Positions 1 to 12,447 of a stretch of DNA of 63,055 nucleotides are shown here, in pieces. Origin of the DNA: Phycisphaerae bacterium (lineage in GTDB: Bacteria > Planctomycetota > Phycisphaerae > Phycisphaerales > UBA5793); assembly GCA_039794345.1 (NCBI GenBank), contig JBDIVQ010000006.1, positions 1 to 63,055 of the forward strand, given 5' to 3'. The notes beneath the pieces were generated by a model that saw nothing but the letters and a program-made list of their open reading frames with translations, had not been told where the DNA came from and searched no databases. The position numbers were made by a program, and so were the translations under genes. Numbering within the stretch: the stretch's first letter is position 1; each line of letters starts with the position of its first letter.

Positions 1-79
1 TGCGCAGGCCCGGCATTTCGGCTTACGATGCTCGCGGCTTCTCGGAACGGCGCACACACGACCAATTGCCGGGCCGCGC

Positions 80-562
80 TCAAAGCAGCGGTCCCGACCT
101 ACCCGGAACCGGCGCTTCGCTGCCGCACTCCGGACACACGCCGCTCTCGTTGCCGCGCAGATCGTAGCTGCATGTGATGCACAGCCCCGGCGCGCGACGC
201 CGATCGCGGTACCAGAGCCACGCGCTCGGCACGCCGGCCGCGAGCGCCAGAGTCCAGATCGGCACTGCCACGAGATGCAGCGTCGTTCCCTTGACGACCA
301 CGGAAAGACGACTTGAAGCGAACCACCAGTTGAAGCCGCTGAATCTGAGTTCAATGGCCTCGACACGCATTCCTCCCGACGGCGGCTGGGTTCGCATCGG
401 CCACGTCACGAGCAACTGACCCGCCCCGACGCCGTACGCGCCTCGGCTCCCGCCCTGCCGCAGAGGAACCTGCCACCAAGCACTCACCACCCAAACAACA
501 AAGAGCAGCACGGTCAGCACCGTCCCGCCCCACTTGAGAATGCTCCACACTCTGCTCCGCAT
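80..562 (-). CDS. Hypothetical membrane protein with C-terminal zinc ribbon
   Basis: Two hydrophobic segments, then CITCSYDLRG...CPECG. Start moved to ATG 562 because the longer ORF start lies in a repeat. Confidence 0.7.
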   Translation of the reverse strand: MRSRVWSILKWGGTVLTVLLFVVWVVSAWWQVPLRQGGSRGAYGVGAGQLLVTWPMRTQPPSGGMRVEAIELRFSGFNWWFASSRLSVVVKGTTLHLVAVPIWTLALAAGVPSAWLWYRDRRRAPGLCITCSYDLRGNESGVCPECGSEAPVPGRSGPLL

Positions 563-593
563 CACGCGATCATATCGCACCGCCCTGCTCGGC

Positions 594-700
594 GCTGGCG
601 CTTGCGGTGCGATACCAGGCCAACGCGCCGGCGAGAACGATAGCATTCTAGTCGCGTCGGCCCCTGTTCCTCGCTGACGCTTCGGGCTCGCTTCGATTGG
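594..700. repeat. REP-doublet-like dispersed repeat, copy 1
   Basis: gctggcgcttgcggtgcgatacc...cctcgctgacgcttcgggctcgcttcgattgg. Both ends match 11171-11277, while the central ~35 bp differ. Confidence 0.7.
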
Positions 701-810
701 CTGTTCCGCTCACTTCGACGGACACCGTAGTGGCCGGGAATGAACATTCTGGAGAAGGTCGGGGTGAGATTCGGGGTCGTCGCGGCGGCTCGGCGCGGCT
801 AGAAGACTGC

Positions 811-1590
811 ATGACTCCCGCTTTTGCCGACCTCACCCCGGATGCGCGCGCCCGCCTGCGGCGCGAGCACACCCCTCAGGCCATCGAACACCGCCTCAGC
901 GCCGGGATGAAGCACAGTTACCTGCGCGACTTCATCTACGGCGCCATCGACGGCGCGGTGACGACCTTCGCCGTCGTCGCCGGAGTCGTCGGCGCCCAGC
1001 TGGCCGTGGGGATCGTCATCATCCTCGGGCTGGGCAATCTCTTCGCCGACGGATTCTCGATGGCGATCAGCAACTACCTCGGCACGCGGGCCGAGCACCA
1101 GGTCCGACGCCGCACCCGCCGCACCGAGGAACTGCACATCACCGCCATTCCCGAAGGGGAGCGCGAGGAGATTCGCCAACTCTTCAAGGGCAAGGGCTTC
1201 AGCGGCGAGCAACTCGACATGGTCGTCGATGTCATCACCGCCGACCCGAAGCGCTGGGTGGACACGATGCTCACCGAGGAGCACGGCCTGGCGCTGGAAG
1301 GCGTCTCGCCGTGGCGCGCGGGATGGACGACCTTCATCGCCTTTCTCGTGATCGGGTTCATTCCCCTGTTGCCCTATGTCACGGACCTGCTCGCACCGGG
1401 CGTGCTCGGGAGCGGCGTCTTCGCGTGGAGCGCGGCGATGACGGGGCTGGCCTTCTTCATCGTCGGCGCGATCAAGGCGCCCTTCGTCGGCGAATCATGG
1501 TGGCGCTCAGGCGTCGAGACGCTTCTCATCGGCGGCGCCGCGGCGGCAATGGCCTTCGGCATCGGCGCCGCGCTGCGCGGGCTGGCGTGA
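811..1590 (+). CDS. VIT1/CCC1 family Fe/Mn transporter
   Basis: LRDFIYGAIDGAVTTFAVVAG, NLFADGFSMAISNYL and EEHGL motifs; several TM helices. Start ATG 811 inferred. Confidence 0.9.
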   Translation: MTPAFADLTPDARARLRREHTPQAIEHRLSAGMKHSYLRDFIYGAIDGAVTTFAVVAGVVGAQLAVGIVIILGLGNLFADGFSMAISNYLGTRAEHQVRRRTRRTEELHITAIPEGEREEIRQLFKGKGFSGEQLDMVVDVITADPKRWVDTMLTEEHGLALEGVSPWRAGWTTFIAFLVIGFIPLLPYVTDLLAPGVLGSGVFAWSAAMTGLAFFIVGAIKAPFVGESWWRSGVETLLIGGAAAAMAFGIGAALRGLA

Positions 1591-1636
1591 GGGAACACAC
1601 GGTTCGAGCAGAACCCGCCCGCAGCTCGGGCATGCG

Positions 1637-4489
<2,853 letters not shown>

Positions 4490-4749
4490 GGCGGACTCCG
4501 GCAAACGGGGTGACCACTCAACCGCACCGACTGACACGGCGCCAGACTAATCTAGCACGGTTCCACCGCGCATCCAAACGATGCCGCCTCACCCCCCGGA
4601 GAACCACGCCCGACGCGCCGGCGATTCCGGGTGTTCACCCGACGACTGTCCGGCGATCCGAGCACGATCTGCACTCGCCTACGATGCTTGAGCCCCTCTC
4701 CCGGCTTTTGCCGGGGCATCGAGATGAACCCGACCGGCGACCTTGCCCT

Positions 4750-7197
4750 ATGCACCCGCAGCAGCAGCCCAGCCCCTTTGCGCTCGACGCGATCTCCGAC
4801 CTGCAACTTCGTGAGAACTCGACAGCCAGCGGCGGCCGCATCCTCCTCGTCGGCGGAGACTCGATCCTCTCGCTGCGCGCGCTCGAAGCGGGCATCTTCG
4901 AGTTGACGATCAACCGCGCCTCGAATCCGCTGGCGCGCCACGCCCCGCCTCTCGCGGCCGTGCCCCCGGCGGATCAGAGCGCCAGCGTCGAGATTCACCC
5001 GACAGGCCTGACGCTCTCTTCCTCCGGAGGCGCATCGCTGACCATCGCGACGGGGCGACTCGCGCTCGGCCTCGACTGGCGCGATGCGTCGGGCGATCGC
5101 GTGCCGCTCATTCCGCTGAACACGACGCAGATCATCGGCCGCAGCGGCGAGGCGTGCGGTCTGGCGCTGCCGCTGGCGCCCGGCACGCCCTTCTACGGCT
5201 TCGGCGAGAAGACCGGACCGCTCAACAAGCATGGCCGGCGGATGAAGTTCTGGAATCTCGACGTCTGCGCTGACCTGCCGGACTCGTTCCGCCGCGACGA
5301 CTACGACCCGACGTACTGTTCGATCCCCGTCGCGATCTGGCCGGCGCGCGATGCGCGGCGCCGCACCGCCTGGGCGGCGATCCTCATCGACAACTCAGGC
5401 CCGGCGTGGTTCAACTGCCAGACGCGCGACTTTGACCTGCCCGAGTCGCTCTACTTCGGCACCTACTGCGGCGAGCCTCGCTTCTACTTCTTCACCGGCG
5501 CAACCCTGGGCGAAGTGTGCGCGAAGGTGCTGCGCCTTACCGGCACGCCGCCGATGCCGCCGCTGTGGGCGCTGGGCAATCACCAGTGCCGCTGGGGGTA
5601 CGACTCGCAGCGCGTGTACAGGCAGGTCGTCGAGGGGTTCATCGAGCACGACATCCCGCTGCACGGCTTCTGGCTCGACATCGACTACATGGACCGCTAC
5701 CGCGTCTTCACCTGGAACGATCGGCGCGTGCCCTCGCCTGAGCAATTGGCGCAGTGGATGAACGAGCGTGGCGTGCGCCTCGTGACGATCATCGATCCCG
5801 GCGTGGCGATTGATGAGCGCGATGAAACGTATCGCGCGGGGGTCGAAGCGGATCTCTTCTGCCGCGCCCCGTCGGGCAGGCCTTTCGTCGGCATGGTCTG
5901 GCCGGGCCGGTGCGTTTTTCCCGATTTTTCGATGTCCGAAACGCGCGCGTGGTGGGCGCGGCTTGTGGCGCAGCACCTTTCGCGCGGCGTATCGGGCATC
6001 TGGAACGACATGAACGACCCGGCCGCGGGCAAGGCTGACGTGCAGGAGATGCTTTTCAATCGCGGCGCCGTCGAGCACCGCCATCTGCACAATCTCTACG
6101 GAACCTTCATGGCCGAGGCGACGCGTGAGGGCTTCGAGCGGCACGACCCGCGAACGCGTCCCTTCATCCTCACGCGCTCCGCCTCGACGGGCATTCAGCG
6201 CTTCGCCGCGGTGTGGACCGGCGACAACGCCTCCAACTGGGCCCACCTGCGCATGAGCATCCCCGAGACGCTCAATCTCGCGCTCAGCGGCGTCTCCTTC
6301 AACGGGGCGGACATCGGCGGGTTCATGGATGACACCAGCGCTGAACTGCTCACCCGCTGGTACCAGGCCGCCCTTCTCTTTCCCTTCTACCGCAACCACT
6401 CGCACAAGGAGTGCATCGACCAGGAGCCGTGGCGCTTCGGCCGGCGGACAGGTGCGATCATCCGCGAGACGATCAACCTGCGCTACCGCCTGCTCGGGTC
6501 ACTCTACACCGAGTTTGCCCGGCACATTCTCACGGGCGAGCCGGTCGTGCGGCCGCTGTGCTGGTTCAGCAGCGATCGCAAGTACTGCGACATTACCGAC
6601 ACTTACGCTCTGGGTGAGAACCTCATCGTCGCCCCGGTCGTTCACGAGGGTGCGACGAAGCGCGAGATCCTCCTGCCGCCGGGGCAGTGGTTTGATGTCG
6701 CCGCCGGCAGGTGGGTGAAGGGCGGCGTGCGCTTTGAGCGGCGCGTGCCGATCGATCAGATCCCGCTCTTTGTGCGCCGCGGGACGATCATCTGCGAGCC
6801 GATGCCGCAGTCACCGGAGCATGGGCGTCTCGCCCGTGCGAACGCATCTCCCTTCTGCGCCTGGGACTGCGACCTCACGAAAGTGCGCTGGCGCCTGCAC
6901 TGCTTCGGCGAAGACGGCCGGGGGGAGCAGGTCATCGACGATGGGCTGACGCAAACGGAGGCTCCGCCGTCACTGCAGGCCGTGCAATGGTCGCGCGGGA
7001 GAGTCACCGGCGACTTCCCCCATGATCGCATCGACGAGATCATCCTCCACGGCGCATCGACGCGTGTGAGCGCCATAGCCGTCGGCGGCAGCCGACGACG
7101 GTTTCAACGCGTGGCAGCGAGCCAGGCGAAGTCGCGAGAATCGTGGATGCTCGTTGCCGGCGCGAATTCACGCGGGCGCATGCGTTACAGGGAATGA
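4750..7197 (+). CDS. Glycoside hydrolase family 31 (alpha-glucosidase-like)
   Basis: YGFGEK, HQCRWGY, WLDIDYM, WNDMNDP nucleophile, WTGDN acid/base, GADIGGF. Start uncertain (4684 or 4750). Confidence 0.9.
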   Translation: MHPQQQPSPFALDAISDLQLRENSTASGGRILLVGGDSILSLRALEAGIFELTINRASNPLARHAPPLAAVPPADQSASVEIHPTGLTLSSSGGASLTIATGRLALGLDWRDASGDRVPLIPLNTTQIIGRSGEACGLALPLAPGTPFYGFGEKTGPLNKHGRRMKFWNLDVCADLPDSFRRDDYDPTYCSIPVAIWPARDARRRTAWAAILIDNSGPAWFNCQTRDFDLPESLYFGTYCGEPRFYFFTGATLGEVCAKVLRLTGTPPMPPLWALGNHQCRWGYDSQRVYRQVVEGFIEHDIPLHGFWLDIDYMDRYRVFTWNDRRVPSPEQLAQWMNERGVRLVTIIDPGVAIDERDETYRAGVEADLFCRAPSGRPFVGMVWPGRCVFPDFSMSETRAWWARLVAQHLSRGVSGIWNDMNDPAAGKADVQEMLFNRGAVEHRHLHNLYGTFMAEATREGFERHDPRTRPFILTRSASTGIQRFAAVWTGDNASNWAHLRMSIPETLNLALSGVSFNGADIGGFMDDTSAELLTRWYQAALLFPFYRNHSHKECIDQEPWRFGRRTGAIIRETINLRYRLLGSLYTEFARHILTGEPVVRPLCWFSSDRKYCDITDTYALGENLIVAPVVHEGATKREILLPPGQWFDVAAGRWVKGGVRFERRVPIDQIPLFVRRGTIICEPMPQSPEHGRLARANASPFCAWDCDLTKVRWRLHCFGEDGRGEQVIDDGLTQTEAPPSLQAVQWSRGRVTGDFPHDRIDEIILHGASTRVSAIAVGGSRRRFQRVAASQAKSRESWMLVAGANSRGRMRYRE

Positions 7198-7277
7198 CCG
7201 TCCCGGCACGCCGGCGCGCTCCGCTGCGCAGAGCCTCCGCGTCGCGGCTCACCCAATCGCCTGATGCCTCGCGCCTG

Positions 7278-8372
7278 TTACAGGATGATCTGCGCCGCCG
7301 GATTGCTCCACTGCCCCAGTTCCTGGCGGAACTTGCTGCCCTTGTCCACGATGAGCGTGCCGGTCAGGTCGACCTCGACCTTGAAGCGCTCGAGCGGCCG
7401 CGGGGCCGGGCCTTCAAAGTTGATGCCCGTCTTGCGGAAACCCGAGCCGTGGCAGGGGCACTTGAAGATCTGCGCGGCCGGCAGCCAGTTGGGGATGCAG
7501 CCCAGGTGGGTGCAGACGGTGTTGATGGCGACGACCTTTTTCACGCCGTCTTCTTCGAGAGTGACGATCCAGATGTTCTGGCCCTTGTAATCCTCGTAGA
7601 CACCCATCTCCGAATACGCGGAGAGTTTGCCGACGCGCACGCGCGTGGGCGGAAGGATCGGGGCCTTGGGAATCATGAAAGACTGGAACCACGCCAGCGA
7701 GGTGGCGCTGACGAAGATGAGCGCTCCCCACGCCGCGGCGAGTGTGAAGCCGAAGCCGCGCCGCGTCATGCCCGTGTTCGCCGCCTTGGCCTGCGCGATC
7801 TCGCGGATGCGGTCGGCGACAGACTTCGGCGCCTTGGAATAGCCCGTGCCGACCATCGTGGCGAACTGGGCGTCGGGCGGCGCGCCAATCGGCAGCGCCT
7901 GCGCGATCGCCTCCGGCTGGACCTTCGCGGTCCTGATGATGGTGCGCTGGCCACCGGCCGAGCGACTGCCGGAGACGTGCGCCGCTTCGAGCAGTTGCAT
8001 CCACTTGGGATCGGGTGGAGCGTAACCGACGCCCGCTGCGCCGCCGCCCCCGCCGCCGTGCCCCTTTCCGCCTCCATCGCCCGCGCCGGCCGTCGCCGGA
8101 GCCGCTTCCTTCTGCGCCGCCCACTCCGCCGGCTCGGGGCCTTCCACTTCAATCGTCTCATACTTGATCACATCGACCGGGCAGCCCTCCGCCGCCGTGA
8201 TGATCGAGGGTGTGAGGGGGCGAGTGAACTCCGCCTTGAGCGCCGGCGGACGGATGACGCACGTCTCCTCCTGCACGTCGAAGACTTCCGGGCAGTCCGT
8301 CTCGCACGAGTCGCAGACGATGCAGCCGGGTGCGATCCAGACCTTGACGATTTCCTTGTGCGTTTCCGCCAT
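7278..8372 (-). CDS. Ferredoxin-Rieske [2Fe-2S] fusion protein (QcrA/PetC-like)
   Basis: N-terminal CIVCDSCETDCP...GCP; Gly/Ala linker; TRRGF plus TM helix; Rieske boxes CTHLGC and CPCHGS, then GPAPRPL. Confidence 0.88.
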   Translation of the reverse strand: MAETHKEIVKVWIAPGCIVCDSCETDCPEVFDVQEETCVIRPPALKAEFTRPLTPSIITAAEGCPVDVIKYETIEVEGPEPAEWAAQKEAAPATAGAGDGGGKGHGGGGGGAAGVGYAPPDPKWMQLLEAAHVSGSRSAGGQRTIIRTAKVQPEAIAQALPIGAPPDAQFATMVGTGYSKAPKSVADRIREIAQAKAANTGMTRRGFGFTLAAAWGALIFVSATSLAWFQSFMIPKAPILPPTRVRVGKLSAYSEMGVYEDYKGQNIWIVTLEEDGVKKVVAINTVCTHLGCIPNWLPAAQIFKCPCHGSGFRKTGINFEGPAPRPLERFKVEVDLTGTLIVDKGSKFRQELGQWSNPAAQIIL

Positions 8373-8695
8373 TTCGCCTCACCCTGGGGCTCTGTGGTGC
8401 AAGGGGACGGCCCGCGGCCGATCACCCGTATCGACCCGCCGCGGCGCCTGGATGAGATCATAGCGCCAAGCCACAGGCGCGTCGCGCCATGCCGCAACGA
8501 GACCCCGGGGACCGCCGGACAACGGTTCAGCCGGGAACGGCCGCCAGTCTCGCGCGCGATTCAGGGTGGTTTCCTCGTTGGACGACCCGCGACCGGCAGG
8601 CACGATCCATGTGTGGTGCCGGGAATCGCTCTGGCGGTTTGACCATTGCGCTGCCTCGCGATTCGTCCGGATCATCTTCAAAGAGGGAGCGCATC

Positions 8696-11086
8696 ATGTC
8701 AGCATGCTTCAACAGAGCCTGTGTGGCCATCGGAGTGTTCGGATGGTGGACTGCCGCGTTGCCGGGCCAGGTCCCGACGGAGATCCAGCAGCCCGGCACT
8801 CAGCCGGGCGAAGTGGGCAACCTCGAATCGCCGGACAGGTGCGACAATTGCCACGGAGGATACAACCACGCCGTCGAGCCCGCCTTCAACTGGCGAGGGA
8901 GCCTGATGGCCAGCGCGGGGCGCGATCCCATTTTCTGGGCGACGGTGGCGGTGGCGGAACAGGACTTCCCGGGCGCGGGCGATCTGTGCATTCGCTGCCA
9001 CTCGCCGGAGGGCTGGGCGGCCGGCCGCTCGACGCCGACGGATGGATCGGCGCTGCTGGACAAGGACGCTAACGGCGTCGCGTGCGACTTGTGTCACAAG
9101 ATGACGCGGCCGGACCGGACCGAGCATGTCGGAGTGCAGTTCCCTCCGTTCTTCGCGTTCGATCCGTCCAGCGGGGAGGGGTACTTCGGCAGCGGGATGT
9201 CGGTGCTCTGGGGCGGCAATGAAAAACTCGGGCCCTACTCGGACGCCGCGGCTCGACACCAGTTCATGCAGTCCCGATTTCACCGCTCCGTTGACTTCTG
9301 CGGCACCTGCCACGACGTGTCGAATCCAGCCGTCGGCGACCTGGCGCACAATGCCGGAGCGCAGGGCACCGCCGACCCGGTTCAGCGCAGCGGCATCCCG
9401 GGCGCGCCCGTCGATGGCAAGGCCGCTTTCAACAACTTCCCATATCAGTACGGCATCGTCGAGCGCACCTTCAGCGAGTACAAGGCCAGCCGCGTCGATG
9501 ACACCCGCGTGCGCGACTACGCCTCACTGCCAGGCGAACTGCAGGCCGGCGCGTTCGCAGCCGCGTACGACGCCTCGATGCTTGCAGGTCGCAACGGCGA
9601 CTACGCCGACGGCACGGCGCGCTACTTCTCCTGCCAGACCTGCCACGTCTCACCGACGGTCGGAATCGGCTGCAACAAGGAAGGCGTGCCGATCCGCCGC
9701 GACCTCCCGCATCACGACATGACCGGGGGCAATTACTGGATTCCGGAGGCGATCGCCTACCTCAATGGCCTGGGCCGCCTGCGGCTCGGCGGCGCCATGA
9801 CCCCGCTGCAACTCGAAGCGCTCGACGCCGGAAGAGTCCGCGCGCAGCGCAATCTCGATCTGGCGGCTTCGCTCGAAGTCACCGGCGACACGGTCCGCAT
9901 CGTCAACCTCACCGGGCACAAACTCATCTCCGGCTACCCCGAAGGACGGCGCATGTGGCTCAACATCCGCTGGTTCGACGCCCTTGATCGACTCGTCCGT
10001 GAAGACGGCCGCTACGGCCCGATGAACGTCCTCATCGACGGCCAGCCTCAGACGATCAACACGATTCTCGACCTTCACGACTCCAACGCGAAGATCTATG
10101 AAGCGCACTACGGCATGACCCAGGAGTGGGCCACCCAACTGCTTTCGCTCGGCTACAGCGACGCCCTGCCCCTGCGCTTCGACCGGATCGACGGTGCGGT
10201 GACGCTGACGCTCGGCCAGCTCGCGTCTCTTCCGCCGGGTTCGAAAGTAGAGACATTCCACTTCGTCCTCAACAACACGGTGATGAGCGACAACCGCATT
10301 CCTCCATACGGCATGGATTACGAACAGGCTCGGCGGCGCAACGCGCTTCCCGTTCCCGCGGAGCAGTACAACGGGCTGAGCGGCACGTATGACCACTTCG
10401 ACGACTTCGCCCTGCGCCCCCCGACGAGCGCGGTCCGCGCGGAGATCGCCTTGCTCTACCAGCCAACCAGTTGGGAGTACATCCAGTTCCTCTACCTCGC
10501 GAACGATCGCTCGAATTCCTTCCTCGCCGATCAGGGCGAGTACCTCCTGGACGCCTGGTTCAACACCGGAATGGCGGAGCCGTACCTGATGGCCGCGACC
10601 GCCTGGACCGGCGGCGGAAGCGGCACTCCCGTCCTGCCGCACTCCTTCACCGTCCGGCGCAGCGGCGGATACACGGGCGCCGTTGAAGACCTGCACCAGA
10701 GCGACGATCTGTCCCTTGCCCTGCGAAGCCTGCCCCTGCTCAGCGTATCCAGCCCCGCAATCGTGGTCGAAACCTACGGAACTTCGCCGCACCGAAGCGC
10801 GGATCGACTGACCTTGATCCTCGAGGCATCTGCTTCCATCCCGATGATCACGCAGGTTGCCCAGCTGTTCAACTTCGACGGAGGAGCCTGGGAAACGATT
10901 GACACATTCGAACTGGAGACAATCGACCGCACTCGAACCATCACGATCAACTCGAACGCCTCACGATTCGTGAATCCCGCAACTGGCGAGGTGATGTCCA
11001 GGCTCCTGTACGCGCCTGCGGGCGGCCCTGTCAATCAGCCTTGGAGGGCGCTTGTTGATCAGGCCATCTGGGTCGTGGAGCCCTGA
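8696..11086 (+). CDS. Exported multiheme c-type cytochrome (5 CxxCH)
   Basis: Signal-peptide-like start after GAGGGAG RBS; CDNCH, CIRCH, CDLCH, CGTCH, CQTCH; separate C-terminal domain after a GGGSG linker. Confidence 0.88.
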   Translation: MSACFNRACVAIGVFGWWTAALPGQVPTEIQQPGTQPGEVGNLESPDRCDNCHGGYNHAVEPAFNWRGSLMASAGRDPIFWATVAVAEQDFPGAGDLCIRCHSPEGWAAGRSTPTDGSALLDKDANGVACDLCHKMTRPDRTEHVGVQFPPFFAFDPSSGEGYFGSGMSVLWGGNEKLGPYSDAAARHQFMQSRFHRSVDFCGTCHDVSNPAVGDLAHNAGAQGTADPVQRSGIPGAPVDGKAAFNNFPYQYGIVERTFSEYKASRVDDTRVRDYASLPGELQAGAFAAAYDASMLAGRNGDYADGTARYFSCQTCHVSPTVGIGCNKEGVPIRRDLPHHDMTGGNYWIPEAIAYLNGLGRLRLGGAMTPLQLEALDAGRVRAQRNLDLAASLEVTGDTVRIVNLTGHKLISGYPEGRRMWLNIRWFDALDRLVREDGRYGPMNVLIDGQPQTINTILDLHDSNAKIYEAHYGMTQEWATQLLSLGYSDALPLRFDRIDGAVTLTLGQLASLPPGSKVETFHFVLNNTVMSDNRIPPYGMDYEQARRRNALPVPAEQYNGLSGTYDHFDDFALRPPTSAVRAEIALLYQPTSWEYIQFLYLANDRSNSFLADQGEYLLDAWFNTGMAEPYLMAATAWTGGGSGTPVLPHSFTVRRSGGYTGAVEDLHQSDDLSLALRSLPLLSVSSPAIVVETYGTSPHRSADRLTLILEASASIPMITQVAQLFNFDGGAWETIDTFELETIDRTRTITINSNASRFVNPATGEVMSRLLYAPAGGPVNQPWRALVDQAIWVVEP

Positions 11087-11170
11087 CTGAACAGGTCGCC
11101 GCCGCGCGGCGTCTCGTTGCGCCCGCATGCAGCCGCCGCGAACCCGGGGCATGGCACGTCTCCGGCAGGT

Positions 11171-11277
11171 GCTGACGCTTGCGGTGCGATACCCGGCCGA
11201 AGCGCGAGCGAGGCCGACAGTCTTCGTGCCACGCTGGTCTTTGCGCCTCGCTGAAGCTGCGGGCTCGCTTCGATTGG
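11171..11277. repeat. REP-doublet-like dispersed repeat, copy 2
   Basis: Matches 594-700; internal inverted arms gcgagg...cctcgc; lies between convergent genes. Confidence 0.7.
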
Positions 11278-11362
11278 AGTCGCAGAAGCCCTGAAGTGAT
11301 CGCACGGACGGCGAAGTCCCCCCCGGTCGAGGTTCGGTGGATCGCGCAGCGAGGATGGCTCT

Positions 11363-11830
11363 TCACTTCGGCGTCGCGTCGCGCTGAATGCGAATGGACT
11401 CGATGGGAATGAGCGGGCCGCGGTCGATGCCGGGGCAGGTGCGACCGGCACGCTGCCAGTCGCGAGGGTGCCTGAGGTTCTCCGGCCAGAAGGGCCAGGT
11501 GCGGCACTGCATCGGACGCACGCGGTAGACGCGGCACAGCGCCTTGCCGGGTTGAGAGTGGCGGTCGAGGAAGACGCAGTCGTAGCCGTGCGGCGTGCGA
11601 ACTTCGGTGAGCGAGCGGCGGCCGTGGAAGAGGCGCGTGAAATCGCGCTCGACCTCGACCGGGCTGGCGCCCAGAGCGGAGGCGATGTTCCTGAGTTCTT
11701 CGTCATTCACCCAGACGAAGCCGGCCGGCCCCGTGCAGCAGTTGCCGCACTGCGTGCACTGAAAGGAGAGTCCCGGCGCGTACCACTCGTCGCGTCGATC
11801 GATCTTGTCGAGGCCGGACCGCTCCATCAT
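11363..11830 (-). CDS. YkgJ family cysteine-cluster protein
   Basis: CTQCGNCC, CVFL, CRVYRVRPMQCRTWPFW, CPGI; start overlaps the nrdR stop. Confidence 0.9.
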   Translation of the reverse strand: MMERSGLDKIDRRDEWYAPGLSFQCTQCGNCCTGPAGFVWVNDEELRNIASALGASPVEVERDFTRLFHGRRSLTEVRTPHGYDCVFLDRHSQPGKALCRVYRVRPMQCRTWPFWPENLRHPRDWQRAGRTCPGIDRGPLIPIESIRIQRDATPK

Positions 11831-12351
11831 CCTTCCTGAGGCGCGAAGAGGTTGCCCTGGCCGGGCACCTCGGCCCTGGCCTGTTCGCGGACGTCGTGCG
11901 CGGCATCAATGAGCTGGTCGAGGCCATGAAACTCTTTGTAGACGCTGACGAAACGGACGTAGGCGACCTGGTTGAGTTTCCGCAAGCGCTGGGCGACGCG
12001 CTCGCCGATGGTGAGGGCGGGCACTTCGCGCTCAAACTCACGATGGAGTTCCTCGTCGATCTCCTCGACTATTCGGGCCTTGGCCTCGGCGGCGATGGGA
12101 AGTTTGCCGCAGGCGGCCTCGATGCCGGCGAGAATCTTCTGTGGGTCGAAGGCCTGGCGCGATCCGTCTCGCTTGATGACCATCAGTCGTCCCGCCGTCT
12201 CAACGCGCTCGTAGGTCGTGAAGCGCTTGTTGCAGCGGTTGCAGACGCGGCGGCGACGGATGGCCTTGCCGCCTTCGCTGGCGCGGCTGTCGATCACCCG
12301 GTCGTCATTCGCCCCGCAGGCTGGACAGATCACGCGTGGAACTCCCGCCAT
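11827..12351 (-). CDS. nrdR: Transcriptional repressor NrdR
   Basis: CPAC, VIDSR, IRRRRVCNRCNKRFTTYE, ATP-cone VIKRDG, VAYVRFVSVY. Confidence 0.97.
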   Translation of the reverse strand: MAGVPRVICPACGANDDRVIDSRASEGGKAIRRRRVCNRCNKRFTTYERVETAGRLMVIKRDGSRQAFDPQKILAGIEAACGKLPIAAEAKARIVEEIDEELHREFEREVPALTIGERVAQRLRKLNQVAYVRFVSVYKEFHGLDQLIDAAHDVREQARAEVPGQGNLFAPQEG

Positions 12352-12412
12352 ACATCTGGTGGGCCCTTGCCCGCCGGCCGTATATGTTGGGGAGCCGGTG
12401 GCCCCAAGTCAA
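12347..12412 (-). promoter_or_regulatory. Sigma70-like nrdR promoter with two putative NrdR boxes
   Basis: Minus strand TTGACT-N17-CAACAT. 16-mers gccatacatctggtgg (12347-12362) and gccgtatatgttgggg (12377-12392) resemble acaCwAtATaTwGtg and are 30 bp apart. Confidence 0.5.
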
Positions 12413-12447
12413 ACGGTCGAGTTTCGAAGCGCCCGGCGGGGAACCCG

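Noticed and set aside
6001-6021. GH31 WNDMNDP instead of the usual MNEP as a sign of inactivity
   Set aside because: The catalytic nucleophile Asp and acid/base Asp are intact, and the change is conservative.
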